Part shown: piece by piece, positions 12,589 to 25,000 of the stretch
How positions within the stretch are numbered: the stretch's first letter is position 1
Layout: every line of letters begins with the position of its first letter
Source: Trichosphaerium sp. ATCC 40318
Lineage: Eukaryota; Protista; Tubulinea
DNA: 64,000 bases
NCBI GenBank assembly: GCA_038496445.1
Contig: JALMLS010000370.1
Span: forward strand, 186,001 to 250,000
Direction of reading: 5' to 3'
Translations under genes and position numbers: made by a program
The notes under the pieces: generated by a model
The model's input: only the letters and a program-made list of their open reading frames with translations
The model's database searches: none
Told to the model about the DNA's origin: nothing

Positions 12589-15500
12589 ATGCGTAGAAGC
12601 AGAGGAGCGAGTTCCAATAAATACTACAGTGATAAAGGCAAAAGATACTTACTTCGTGAAATAAAACAATTTACAAAAACTGTGTCAAGATTTCAACGGC
12701 GCTAAATTCTGTGTATAGAACTACGAAAGAAGCTTGAGAGTGTAGCAGAGAAACTCTCTGCTTTAAGAGCTGCTGCAACAAAAGTCGTTAATGATGCAGA
12801 TACGCTGTGTGATGTCGTAAATACGCTTATAGAGGTACTTTTAAAATAATTTGAGCAAGGTTAGAAAAAACGTTAATACAAACTACAAAAGGCAACTTCT
12901 CTTACTCACCATGTACCGTTGGTGTCTCCTGACAAGAGGAAAAAGTCAAGGAGCAACAGGGAGAAAAAAAATAAAAAAGAAGTGACAGATTCTTCAGAAC
13001 TCAAACGCAAACAAAAGTACAACGTCCATTAACGCTGACAATTCTAATATTAAATGAGGCCAAAATTAACTCGCGTAAAACATTTCAAGATGAACGATAT
13101 ACCTGTAAAACAAGATCACTGGGCGGTTTTAGTAGCCGGTGGCAGTGCGTTACAGCTATAGATGTCCGTTATTCATGAAATCTTTAGTGCCTGGAGTAAT
13201 GGAAGATCCTACGCGTGCAGCATCAAAAATGACGTTTCTACAGACTTATGATTACTTACTGAATACGGCTGGCTTTCCAGTGAATAGAATTTATTGTTTG
13301 ACGCCCATCAAATGGATCTCACATATAAGAGGTCCTTGAATCCTTACTTGAGATAACTTTTCTAATCCAAATATATCTAGATTCCAAAGAAAAAATAGAG
13401 CGACTCAAAGAGTTTGTCCCTGGGTATAGCCCGCTTGTTTGCTTCCAAATTTAGACTTACCCTCTTGTATAGACATCCACTTTTATTCTATATAAAGTCA
13501 TTAGAAATGTGTGGACATAGTTTGGAGATGGCCGCAGCTTGGTACCTTTTTTGACACTTTTTTCAAAATAATTTTAATGTTTTTCTCAACGTAATAACAC
13601 GTGTTGTAGGCTTGTAGAAAATCAAGGCGTTCTTGCCTCTAAAATGAGAAATGATAGGTATTATTTTATACGGAGAACCATTTTGGCCGTGTTGCCTGTA
13701 GTACAAGTCGTAGCTGACATTTATTTCCCTTAGAAATGATACTGGTACTGGGGACGATCCACTCAATATATGTTATAGCGCTAATATGTGGCGGCCTGCT
13801 GATCCAAATTCATTCACAAAGCTATTACAAAATGAGATTGATGGTGTAAACAATTATGTATTCACGTACTACATTGGTCATGGTCGTACAGATGTTGTAA
13901 AAAAGAAAAAAAAGAAAAACAAACGAGGTGTAGATGTATCATTGCACGAGCATGTGCACAGGCAAAAACGTGCGCGCTGGTGGTACGATACACATGTTAG
14001 GGCGGAAAACAGATATTAACGATGCTATGAACAGGTTACTGTTTCCTGAGAAGGGCAATGATGAAAATGCCAGAGGCATCTCACATTTAGAAACAGCTGA
14101 AGTGCGTCATTTACTGTTTGAATGTTGTGTCTTAACTGCTATTTAGCATCTTGGTTTGATGAGCTCTGATCAATCTGCTATTGATACCACGGAATACTCG
14201 CTTCATTGGCAGTCACTATTGCGTACTGTTTATAGAATTTCTACTGGTACCTTTACACTTATTGTTTTGATGATGCTTACCCTCTCTCTTCCAACTCAGT
14301 CCGTGGAGGTACATTAACAGCACCTAAAGTGTCTTGTTTTACCCTATTTGCTGCTGCTTCATGCAGTGGCGGTATGCTCAAGTGGACCAATGAATATTCT
14401 CTTGACAAACGAATGAATCCTGTTTGTTTTGAAAAAGGTGATGTGCTTTGCTTGTTACCATAACAGCTGTTATCCTGATTATATGGCTTAGGTGGGTCAC
14501 TGTCCAATAGAGAAGTATCAGAAATATTCCCAGAAATATCAACAGCAGAGTATTCTTTATTACGTCAGCAACTTAAGGACATCCCAGTATTTGCCATTAC
14601 GAGCGCTGACCATGAGTATTATCCAGGGTCCTTCTTTTCAGCAAACTGGTACCTACATATCACTTGTCTTGTGACTTTGTTTGTATCATTGACAAACAAA
14701 TAATTAGGTTGCGACGTGCTGTACAGTGTATGTCTAGTACCAATGTGAGTTGTAATGACTTTTACAAGTCACTTCATACATCAGATCAAAGCGATATTGT
14801 AGACTCGTTGATGGTATCACAGTACTCCACAAACTCAAATCTCTTGGTACCAATATATATCCAACCTGTTTTGTTCGTTTATTGCCTAACTTATTTCTAA
14901 AAAGGATATGCCATTGGAACGACTGCTCAATTTCGCTAAAGGACAAGCTCAAATAGGTATGCAACCAACCTTCATTACTCTGCTTACTAACAGGATCAAC
15001 GTAGTATACGGAACACCTATGTTCTTATCAGCTCGTGCCAATCTAACGCGACATGACACTCCTGAGGACCTAACTTTAAGTCCTAATGGGAAATCTAGCT
15101 CTACAGATGCCAAATACGAGTGGCAAGCAGCTAGAGATGCGACTAGAATTGAACAGTGGTGTACAGCTGTAGCTACAACCAAAGCAAATTTCTTGCCATT
15201 GACGGTATGTCTTTATATTGCCATAGGTTTTTAGAGGTGTCCTCTACTTACAACAAAAAGGTTGAGAGCGCACAAACATTGGTTGTTGCCAATACAATAA
15301 TACAACCAAACGCTATACTATCTCAACATGATGGAACAGTACTTCGACAATTAAAATCAAAACTACGAAGTATGATTGAAAACGACTTTGGCGGCAAAGC
15401 CTGTGTTAGAGTATCCAATAGGAATTGTAGCGATGCTGTAGTAGGTAGTATAAAAACACAGGAATACTATAGAACCAACGTAGCAAAGTTCATTAGCAAT

Positions 15501-17870
15501 ACAACGGCACGTGTCACACTCGTTTTATAATGTTTTTCTGAAATAGTGTTGCTAAAATGTTGACCAAACAGGCTGATGGCAGCGTTTTGAATTCCCAATT
15601 ACAATGCCTTGTTTCGAGTTCATTAGCTGCATCACGTGTTACATCAGGCGCGGAAGCGATTAACCTGCTTACACACAGGTAACATCTGGTTTTGAATTCT
15701 TTTGTTGAGGTTTCTTACACACTTATTTTGCTTACTTACTCTGTTAGTTTACGTGTCGGAAGTGACATGCAGTGGCGGCTTTTACGTATGGGAACCAGTA
15801 ACAAGTACGACAAAGTGACAGTAGAGGCAGTCATTTATTCTTCTACAGGACCGAGTTGCTTGACTTTCAGATTGTATTGACACCTTGGACTCCAATGGAT
15901 GGCTCAATGATGTTCCGTGGATTTGTTTATGATGGTGAACTGACTGCTATTTCGCAATACTAGTACGTATTCTAAATAGTGAAGGAATTTGGCTAAGGGT
16001 TTGTTTCTCAGCACTTTGTGCTATTATCCCAATATTCAAGCCAAGAGGAAGCTTCAGGTTATTTTGGAATCAGCATTTGCGTCTTTTAGTGACGCTCTAA
16101 ATGGTGCTTTAACATCTGATAACTACTGCATCGACTTTTATGTTGGTCGCGATGAGAAGGTGTTGGTTATGGATATTTGTCCATGGGAAGTTGCCAACTT
16201 TAAACTGTTTGACAGATATGCTGATGGACACTCTCTCATGAATGCACCAGTTGAATTCAGAATCGTTGGAGCTATTAACCCTAATATTTTAATGAGCGGG
16301 GCTGTTCCGCAAGCGTGGCAAGCTTTTATGGAACCGGAAGCAGAAGGTACCAGTCAATCACTAATTATATCATTGTAATTGTATTAACTTTTTTGGCATA
16401 GAGGATTCGTTGGAAGGTCCACCTGAAGATATGCCTTCAGATGTTGTTAAAGCGGAGCGTGCATTTATTTCAACTCATATGGGGATAAATGAAGAAGGCG
16501 TTGAGTCTGAAGTACCTTATTGTGACGTGCTAGACGTAATTAATGGTTTCAATGTATCTTCTAGAAGCTTGCCTTGCCTTCGATACACTGACATGATGCT
16601 CAGTACGCCATTAACCACGTGCTCGCATAAATAATTATTCGGCAATAGGTCCTCAAAGAGCAGAAACAAAACAAGCAGTCAAGCTATTTTGTGACACGAT
16701 GCAGCAACGAGGGTAGGTAACCTTTCTTTTATTTTTCTGATTTATTTTAGGTTTTGTGTACTCAACTTGGAGAAGGCTATGGTGACAAAGATGCAAAGAA
16801 TCACTGAGTACGTCAGAATTACAAACTGGCATATTATAACGCAATGATATTTAGCGCTGCTTCAACGTTCTTTGCAATGTCTCAATCGCAGAGGAACAAG
16901 TTTAAGAAGGTGGGGTATTCCAGTCATTACCCTATTTTTGAATCCTTTAAACTTCCATTTTCACAACATACTACGAGTTATCCTTCCAACGATTTCCAGG
17001 CATGTTTTCATCATTGTTACATGACATTACTTTCATGTTGCTAATAAGAGTAGGCAGCTGTAAAGGACTATTATCTACTAATTAATGAGCTTTCATTATC
17101 GCTTATGGGTGTTCTCAGCAGGGGTTTTAACTTCCCCCAAGAGGAAGTATTAAAGTTAATTGAGAACGCTAAACCTGATGCAGGCAACAGTAGCTCCTTG
17201 ACGTACGTTCATTATTGATTTACACCGTAAGCACGTGATTGCTAAGTGTTACACAGGATGATAAACTTTTTTAAAGAAAAGTATTATGATAAGACACAAG
17301 CCAAAGGCATACACGTCGACCTTGGTACACTAACGTTTGTTCCATTAGCCAAGACAACAGGAATTCAAGTACGCTAGCTTTTGAATGTTGTTTTGTTTAA
17401 ACTTGTGTCAAGGTATATGACAGAGCATTACAATGTTGGATTAATGTTGATGCTACTTACCCACGTGTACCAGATGGAATGCTCGTATTTTGTGGAGATG
17501 TTCTAAGGTACTATTTTTGTGATGTTGGTGAAATGAAAGCTAACACAAGCCACAGGGTACTTACAGGAGGATACATTCAACCTGTCCCTCATAGAATAAA
17601 AGTATGTTATTAAATCAGTTAGTATACGTCAACTTATTTCTTCTCTAGCCTACTACTGTTGATAAAGACTCAGCATCTATAATGTACATGTGTCAACCAC
17701 CAAAATCAGAACCTATAGCGACACTGCCTAATAGCTGCCTAAAGGAGTGCGCACACAATGCTTACAGCGCATCATACACAGACTTCAAAGATTACAGTCG
17801 TAAGAACACAAGAAGGGCACTCACCAATTACAACGAGCAGTTGTTTACAAGTAAAAAAGCCACTTCTTGA
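12589..17870 (+). CDS. Multidomain fusion: legumain/C13-like peptidase + Cdc123/R2K-type ATP-grasp + 2OG-Fe(II) oxygenase (IPNS/DIOX-like)
   Basis: Peptidase: DHWAVLVAGG, VFTYYIGHG, FAAASCSGGM, PVFAITSA..FFSANWL. ATP-grasp: RIEQW, CVRVSNRNCSD, TSGAEAINLL, FRGFVYDGELTAISQY, NYCIDF..MDICPW..LFD. Oxygenase: QRGFCVL..FFAMS, HVDLGTLTF..GIQV..W..MLVFCGDVL..TGGYIQPVPHRI. Exons join in frame. Confidence 0.75.
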
Positions 17871-18231
17871 CGTGTGGTAGCTATGCGCTTTTTTGAATAT
17901 TTGTACAAATAATACTACTTTACAACACGCTATTTTATCATTTCTCAATTGCTTTGTGAACACCAATGGTTTTGATCAAGTTTTATTTAGTTGTTTCTGT
18001 CAAAAAAGACAGAAAATTAGTCAACCATTTTCTTTCGTTACGTTTGAATAAAAAGCGTAACTAGTCTTTACGTATCTCTTTCCCTTTTCAATTTTTTTGT
18101 TTGCAATTGCATTTTGCTTTGCCCTGGATAATAAGGAAACCACTTAGCGCGTGTTTCCCTTTCGGCTTCTCATTTTGGTGTGTTAAAATTACTGTTGTAC
18201 AAGTTATCGGCAGAAAATAGCGCCTAGCTTT

Positions 18232-18838
18232 CTAGCATCGTGTGCTACCTGCTAATGAAGTTGTGAGATAAAAAAAATAAAATCGAATACTAAGACCAGT
18301 ATTGCAATTTGGGATCAATTAGTAAGGGCTATACCTGTGTTATAATACGGTTTGATGGACTTGCTAGCTAAACCGTTTGTATACGTTTGTTTCCAAATCT
18401 TTTCAGTGCTTATGACGTTGTTTGTATTGCCCAGCTCATCTACCTTTGTATCGCTTGTAAAGTCGTACAACCACTCTCCGTCTTGTATAAATTTATACTG
18501 ATACGTCCCTGGCACGTTGAGCTTTAGCTCTAGTTCAAAGCCATCTGCTGTCTAGTTTTACGAGAAGCGTTAGCAGTTTTGTCGTTATGGTTCGCAAATA
18601 AATATCATTTTGCGTTTGTATTGAGCTTTACGCCATTGTCATGAACGTAGCGCCCTTTGCAACGCTAGTAACGTACTTTTTTCATAGTCCTTTTGCCTTT
18701 CCAACCGTCCCACGACCCGGCAAGAAATACTTGCTGTGCGTACATATTTGTCCATTTAAACGTAACAAAGACGCGGTGTGGAAGGTCTTCTTGTTCGTAA
18801 GGCGCGTAGTCGTTACTCAATAGATGAGGAAAAGACAT
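18232..18838 (-). CDS. Small CBM48 (AMPK beta-type glycogen-binding) domain protein
   Basis: VTFKW..QVFLAGSWDGW..PGTYQYKFIQDGEW..DELGNTNNVI. Confidence 0.85.
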
Positions 18839-19055
18839 TGTATCGAGGTCACAACGCACCGACTGCTTTACTGGGCGTTCCGTAGCGAAATTGCGCCACT
18901 TTGTAAGTCAAAAATGACTTAACGTTTCGAAACTCATCAATCAAATCTCTCAAGTAATAAAGCGCAGCGACGTACAACCCTACGTCGATTTTCCTGAGAT
19001 GCCGGAAAAAAAACGTCAAGCCGGAAAAACGCTTTATTTTTTTTCACAAGCAAGT

Positions 19056-22000
19056 TTACAACTCATTCAAAATGAATTCCATCTCTTCCCTGATAATCTG
19101 TGCTGATTTGAAGGCTTTCTCAACCTTGATTACAGTTAGCATAAGTAACAGGTACACAGCTCCGTACCTTTTCTCCGCCAATCTTCTTTAGAGCCACCTC
19201 AGCGGCTTGACGGATATTACTGGTGGAAAACATTAGTATTGAAAGTTAATTACAAGAGTTTGTGTTTAGTTTTTGTTAAGTTTGTATTTGTTGTGTACCT
19301 GATAGGGCAATTCTTCCATTGGTTTACAAGAGGAGCTATACTATCATCATGCTTGTAACGTGCAAGTGCGATACAAATAGCTTCCTTTACGAATCTATCT
19401 GGCTCTATTTCGAGTCTCTTCAACAAAGGATGAACTGAAAAAAAGTAAGTTAACCCATTTGTATTGCGGATAAAAACCAATTCCGGAAAAAGAAAAAAAA
19501 GAAGAATGTACCAGCTTTAGGGTTTCCAATCTTTCCTATATTGATAACTGCCCACACACGCACATCATCATTCTACAAAATAGCATGTGTTACTAATAAT
19601 AGACTTGTTTTGGAGAGATGGAGACATTGCACGTACCTTTTCTTGAAGCATCTTTAACATAATATCTAAATGTTCTAGTTTCATTTGGTCGCTCTTCAAA
19701 GAGTACGCCATCAACCTGTTACGCTGTTCATCGACGTCTTCGCTCTAACATCATTAAGTTAACAAACAGATTCGTCGTATAAGCGACAAAGGCCTTGACG
19801 TACTTCAATACCACCAATGAGTTCATCTGCTGAGAGCATCATGGTCTTTGGTTTAATCCAATCTTTCCATTTGATAGCTTTTGCACCACCAAGACCAAAG
19901 ATTTGCACTTTTTGTAGGATGCTTTGAATTTGATCTTTCATAATCGCTGTATCTCCTGATACCGCGTTTGATTTTATATTCTCTTCTATCAATACAGTAC
20001 ATTTAGGGAACTGTGACTTGACTTGTTCTTTCAGAGCTACAACAGAAAATTAAACGACAATCATGACGTAAACAATAAAAAAGGTATGGTACCATCAATA
20101 TCAGCGCCTTCAATATCTGGTATTACAAGTCGTTGCAGTTGACTCTTACAGGCCTTAACAAATGACATGATAGCACTCTCTCCCATGATACAGTAGCTAA
20201 AGAAATCACGTGAATACAAATATTTGGATGAAAGAGAGCCTTACCTGAGATCAAGCTTGCGCAAATTAGGACAGTATTTTGCAATGGACAACAATCCTTC
20301 CGCAGTAATCTATTTGCATTTGTTAAGAAGTGTAAACTATCAATATATTATATGTACTTGGTATGCGAACGGTAATAGTATACTATCTATTTTCTTGTTT
20401 ACATCTGTGCGAAGGAAGGAATCTGTAAAAAGTAGAGTTATTTCTTTGGGTTGGCTAATAATGATGAGGCAAAGCAATTACCCAAAGAATTATCATCGAT
20501 AATATTCATGGCTTCAGATAAATCAAGTGGCTTCTCTGAGCTATAGTATTTTCTAGCGGCCCTAAAAAAGAACTTGTGAGCTCTTGATTTGTGCTCAATT
20601 AATCCTCTAGTTTTATCGTACTTCAAGAAAGGCTGGGTAATGCGTTTATCATTCTTGGCTACAGCAGCAATCCTCAGCGTTATGGCAAGATCCAATTTCT
20701 GATTTTTGAATGATTGCTCCATGAACAAATCCATACAGTGTCCATCGCCACTGACCTCAACAGCTACAGCCGTGGTGAGATTCAACAAAAATGATGAAAG
20801 TAGATTACCTTTTTTGAATTGTTCAGCAGCATCAGTGAACAGCTGTCTTTGCCTTGACACGTTATCGTTTGCACTTGCACCCCAGTACGCCAGTACAATA
20901 CCCCAAGCACGGATCGACTCCCAATCAGAAGGATCCATGTCAACAGCATCAGAAAACTTATCTGTTGCGCCAGCATATAGCTTATCAGCAGCTTCACCCT
21001 TTAAAGTAATTGTGAGCTTCAAAAAAGCTTAAGATTTCTGTACCTGCTTATGTCTAGCGCGGGCGAGAAGCATGTCACCCCATTTAACCAAGGTACCGTG
21101 ACTGTCTAAAGTTCAAGGATTATTGGAAGTCAATGAATATAAGTATGTATGCATACCTGTAGTTGTCTTTACAGCGTTTTCAAAAGCGTCATTAGCTAGA
21201 TCCCATAACCTGTCTGCTTCTTCCTTTGATGTAGAGTCTGCTGTTGCACGAATCGTCAATGCATTACCAAGGGATGAATAAACGATATTCATCTGTTTAA
21301 TAGTAGCTTCTAATCCAGTGATATCTGCGTCAACCTAGGCACAACAAGCAATAAGTAAAACAAAAGGAAAATAGTAAATCCAAAAAAAATTTGATGAGAT
21401 GTGTACCAAAACAAACGAGTCGGCAGCTGCCGATAATTGAGTTACTGCCTTTGGTGTTAGCAGAATACCGACTTGCTGGGACATATCAAGCATAATATCA
21501 GCAATATCCGCATGTAAGTACTCGCGAAGATCAAAGCTACATAAGGCTATTAAAGGTTTTGTTGATGTGATAAAGGAAAGTTTTGGTTTTTATGTTTACC
21601 TATCTTTCATCTCATCTTTGGTCAATGCTTGATCAAACCTCATCATTATTTCCTTTTTAAGTCTTTTTGAGTAAAAGTTCTTTGAAGGAACCTTTAGCTG
21701 TTCAGTGTTACCCAACACTAAGTTGAAAAAGTTCTTAACAATGGCCAAGTAAGGTTCTTGCGCAGCAATCCTCACTTGACGAACCTAAAAATAGAGTTAG
21801 CACAACATCAACAAGGCACTCTGGCCAGTAATGTAACAATCAAACATAAAAACACTTACTCGTTGGCGCAGTTGGTCTCTCAGCATATTCTTGAGTGTAC
21901 GAGCTGCCAATACAGCCAAGCAAACTCTTTTTGGTTTTGGGAACTTCAAGAGAGCTCTTACTCTACCAAGGTGTCTAATGTTGACACCAACACGATGGAT

Positions 22001-24852
22001 TTTGTAAGGTTGAAGCTGTGCTTTAAAAGCTTCAAGATCAGCATCTGGTCCATTGAACTTGTGCTCTTCTAAAGTGCGAACAAATCTTGGAATAGTTTCG
22101 TTGTACAATCGAAGTGTTACAGTTTGTACTTGTTTATTATCAGCACGTGCCATTTCCTATAAAACCATTAGATTGTAAAACACAGAAAATAAATTGTTGT
22201 TTTGCGTACTCTGTACTCTTTAGAGAAGAACATGGAAAATGCATCAGGGTTAAGAGGTTGAGGGTTACGTTGCACGAATTCAGGACGTAGGAATCGCCAT
22301 AAGTGAACACCTCTTCGTGTAGTACGCTTCGCAGGTGGAAGATACGGCGCCTCTAGAAAATTGTTTTTTTAAGCGAACACTTTAGAGTAAACAATCGTAC
22401 CTGGTGGGAACATTCTAGCCGTATCGACAACGTAAAGTTGTCCATCAGTACCAACATGTCCTTCTACATCACCTGGACCACATACTTGCTTATCAGAGAC
22501 CCAATGCTCTTTGAGATTCTTGTTTCAAAATCATCAGCTTAATAATGTAAAAAAGTTTGTCGTACAAGTTTTTCTGCTACTGCTTCCATCTTAGCAGACA
22601 TATCCTCATTTTCTTTCATGACAGTGGTACCACCGTCGTCACTTAAAAATGTAAATTGGGTTTCAACTCTAAATATAAGTGCATTACCTTCCGTAGACGA
22701 GTGTTGTCTTTGTAATAGGCAACAATGATACAGCAATAAGTCTGAATCCTATGCGAGTAGTAAGCAACCGACAACACTGTTAATAGCTATAATACCTCTG
22801 TAATCAATCAAACACATGAGAGGCACTTTCAAACCGGGTACTTGAGCATCGTAAATAGCACCCAAGCCCCTTTGAAGAAAACGTTAGATCATGGAACTTT
22901 TTCTTGTGAAATAAAACATACTTCAATTCAGCACTTGCTGCTTTTGCGCTGTACTCATCACCACCGTATATTCCATGTAAATCCGTCTGGTAAACGTAAG
23001 TATTATTTATATGTGATACTATTAGTACGTACAGTGAACTTGAATAAGATGCCTTGAGCAATATATTTCTAAATAAATCTCACGTGAGAAACAAAAATCG
23101 ATGAGTTTTCGAAAATGAAACATACTTCACCGCCTGCTACACCACCAACGTTGACTGGTTTAATGGTTTTGAGGGAAGGAGGTATCATAACCTCTGAAAT
23201 GATAATACGACCGTATGTTTGTGCGCAATAAGCAAAGTCATTGGCGAGACCTGCCAAAGCTGTAAACTTGTGTTCACTGTTGTGCCTTTTAAGCAACGTC
23301 TAAGATTTTGTGTCAACCTAAAGTTTAAACAGTATGAAACGCACTTGGAACTCTAGATTCCAATTCTTGATTGGTGCTGCTTTGTTTGAGTCGTCATCAG
23401 TTGATGCCACACTAGAGTTTTCAGAAGCGCTTGAGTAATCCTATTCAGATGTTTTGTCAATAAAAGATAAGCAACAACCAAGCGTACTTCATCTGCGCCA
23501 TATCGTTCGTCTGCAAAGTCAAGATACGAGTCACCTACATCGCCATCATCGGCGCCATAGGCGTCAGGTGTATCAAGTGCATAAGGATCTTGGTATGCAT
23601 CAATAACATCATCTTCATCTTCCTCCACTTCAACATCCATGGCATAGACGTCACCGTAAGCGTCTTCCTTCATATTACTCTCGAGATTTTTTGCATCAAT
23701 CTCTGGTACACTGAAATCAGTGTTAGAATCGTTGAATAGGCTTTCACTATCACTTACTCTTCTTCTTCATAATCAACGTATCCAGTAGGTTGACTTGGCG
23801 GTGGTGTCTTTGATTTCTTCTTTTTCCTCGCGGTGCTAGGTTTTGATTTGGATTCCTCTTCAGGATCAATATATCCAGATACTGGGTTCTCTGTAACTCA
23901 AGGATTAGCTTTGGAAAAACAAACCAAAGAAAAAACATAGTAAGGAATCCAAAACACTTACTTTTTTTTTCACGTGGTGATGGTTCTTGGCTTTCTTCTT
24001 CGTCAACGAGGTAACCTGCAACTTTATTCTTTGGTTTCTTCTTAGGACGCTTAGAAGCAGAGCGTTTAGGTGGGTTTTTCTATGGATAAGTTAGACTGAC
24101 GGACATAAATCTCTGTCAGTATTACCACAGGTTCATCCTCGTTTAGTACAACATATGCTGTCTCCTTGAGTTGTTCACCATCTTTCTTCCAGTACGCATC
24201 AACCTTTTTTTGACAAAATATTAATTTTATTCGCTAAAGTTCACGTGATAAACAAACCTTGCAATTAATACTTGCCTTGGATTGTTTTCTTTGATCTTCT
24301 GCCACAATTTTTATCTGAATAGCCGCCTAATTGACAATGTAAAAACACAATTCATAGTATTAATCGCAGAGAGGGTATAGAACCTTATTTGCGTATTTTT
24401 TAGAAGTGTTTCTTAGGTAACTGATTTGTTCTGTTGATTCTATTTCAGATATCTTTAATTCTCCAATCAGACGCGGTTTTAGGCGACGTTCATGCATACA
24501 CTTGATTCGTATGCCCTCTACTTTTAATCCTGTAGAACTAGAGACTTCGTTAGGGTTTGTTTTAGGAAATAAATAAACGGGCCGTACAATTGTAACGTGG
24601 TATCCCAGTCAATCTGCGGTTTACTAGAGCGCCCCACCACAGTTGGAGTTTTTTTTGAGTCAATAACGCCTAATAAATCGGTTATTCTCTAGCCAGTAGT
24701 GAACACTGTACCATCAGCGCCTAGTAGCGCTACCTCACAGTATAACCCCTTGTCTTTTGGCAAGTCTTTACCAACGCCAACTAAAATTGTTTGTTACAGG
24801 CTTCAAAGTACAACAGCGTACTTGTGACCTTGTATTGTTTTTCTTTGCTCAT
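19056..24852 (-). CDS. C2 + Clu (clustered-mitochondria-like) domain + TPR-like + LRR + HEAT repeat protein
   Basis: N-terminal C2-like strands; acidic linker; Clu core DFAYCAQTYGRIIISE..GGVAGGEKY..GILFKF..AELKGL..PLMCLIDYRG..GDVEGH..YVVDTARMFPP; VTLHKYCPNLRKLDL (LRR); DRFVKEAICIAL (HEAT). Confidence 0.8.
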
Positions 24853-25000
24853 GATCGGGTTTGGCAAAGTTTTTTATACTATTGTGTTTAATGTCCTCGC
24901 AAAGGTGCTCCCTTATGACACTGTCTTGTCGGGTTTTAATTTGGGTTAGCGTAACTTAACGCTGTTTGTTGAAACGTTTCTCATAACTGCACAGTGAATA
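24853..25000. promoter_or_regulatory. Putative compact bidirectional promoter
   Basis: 148 nt between divergent ATGs of the Clu-domain gene and the DUF924-TilS gene. Confidence 0.5.
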
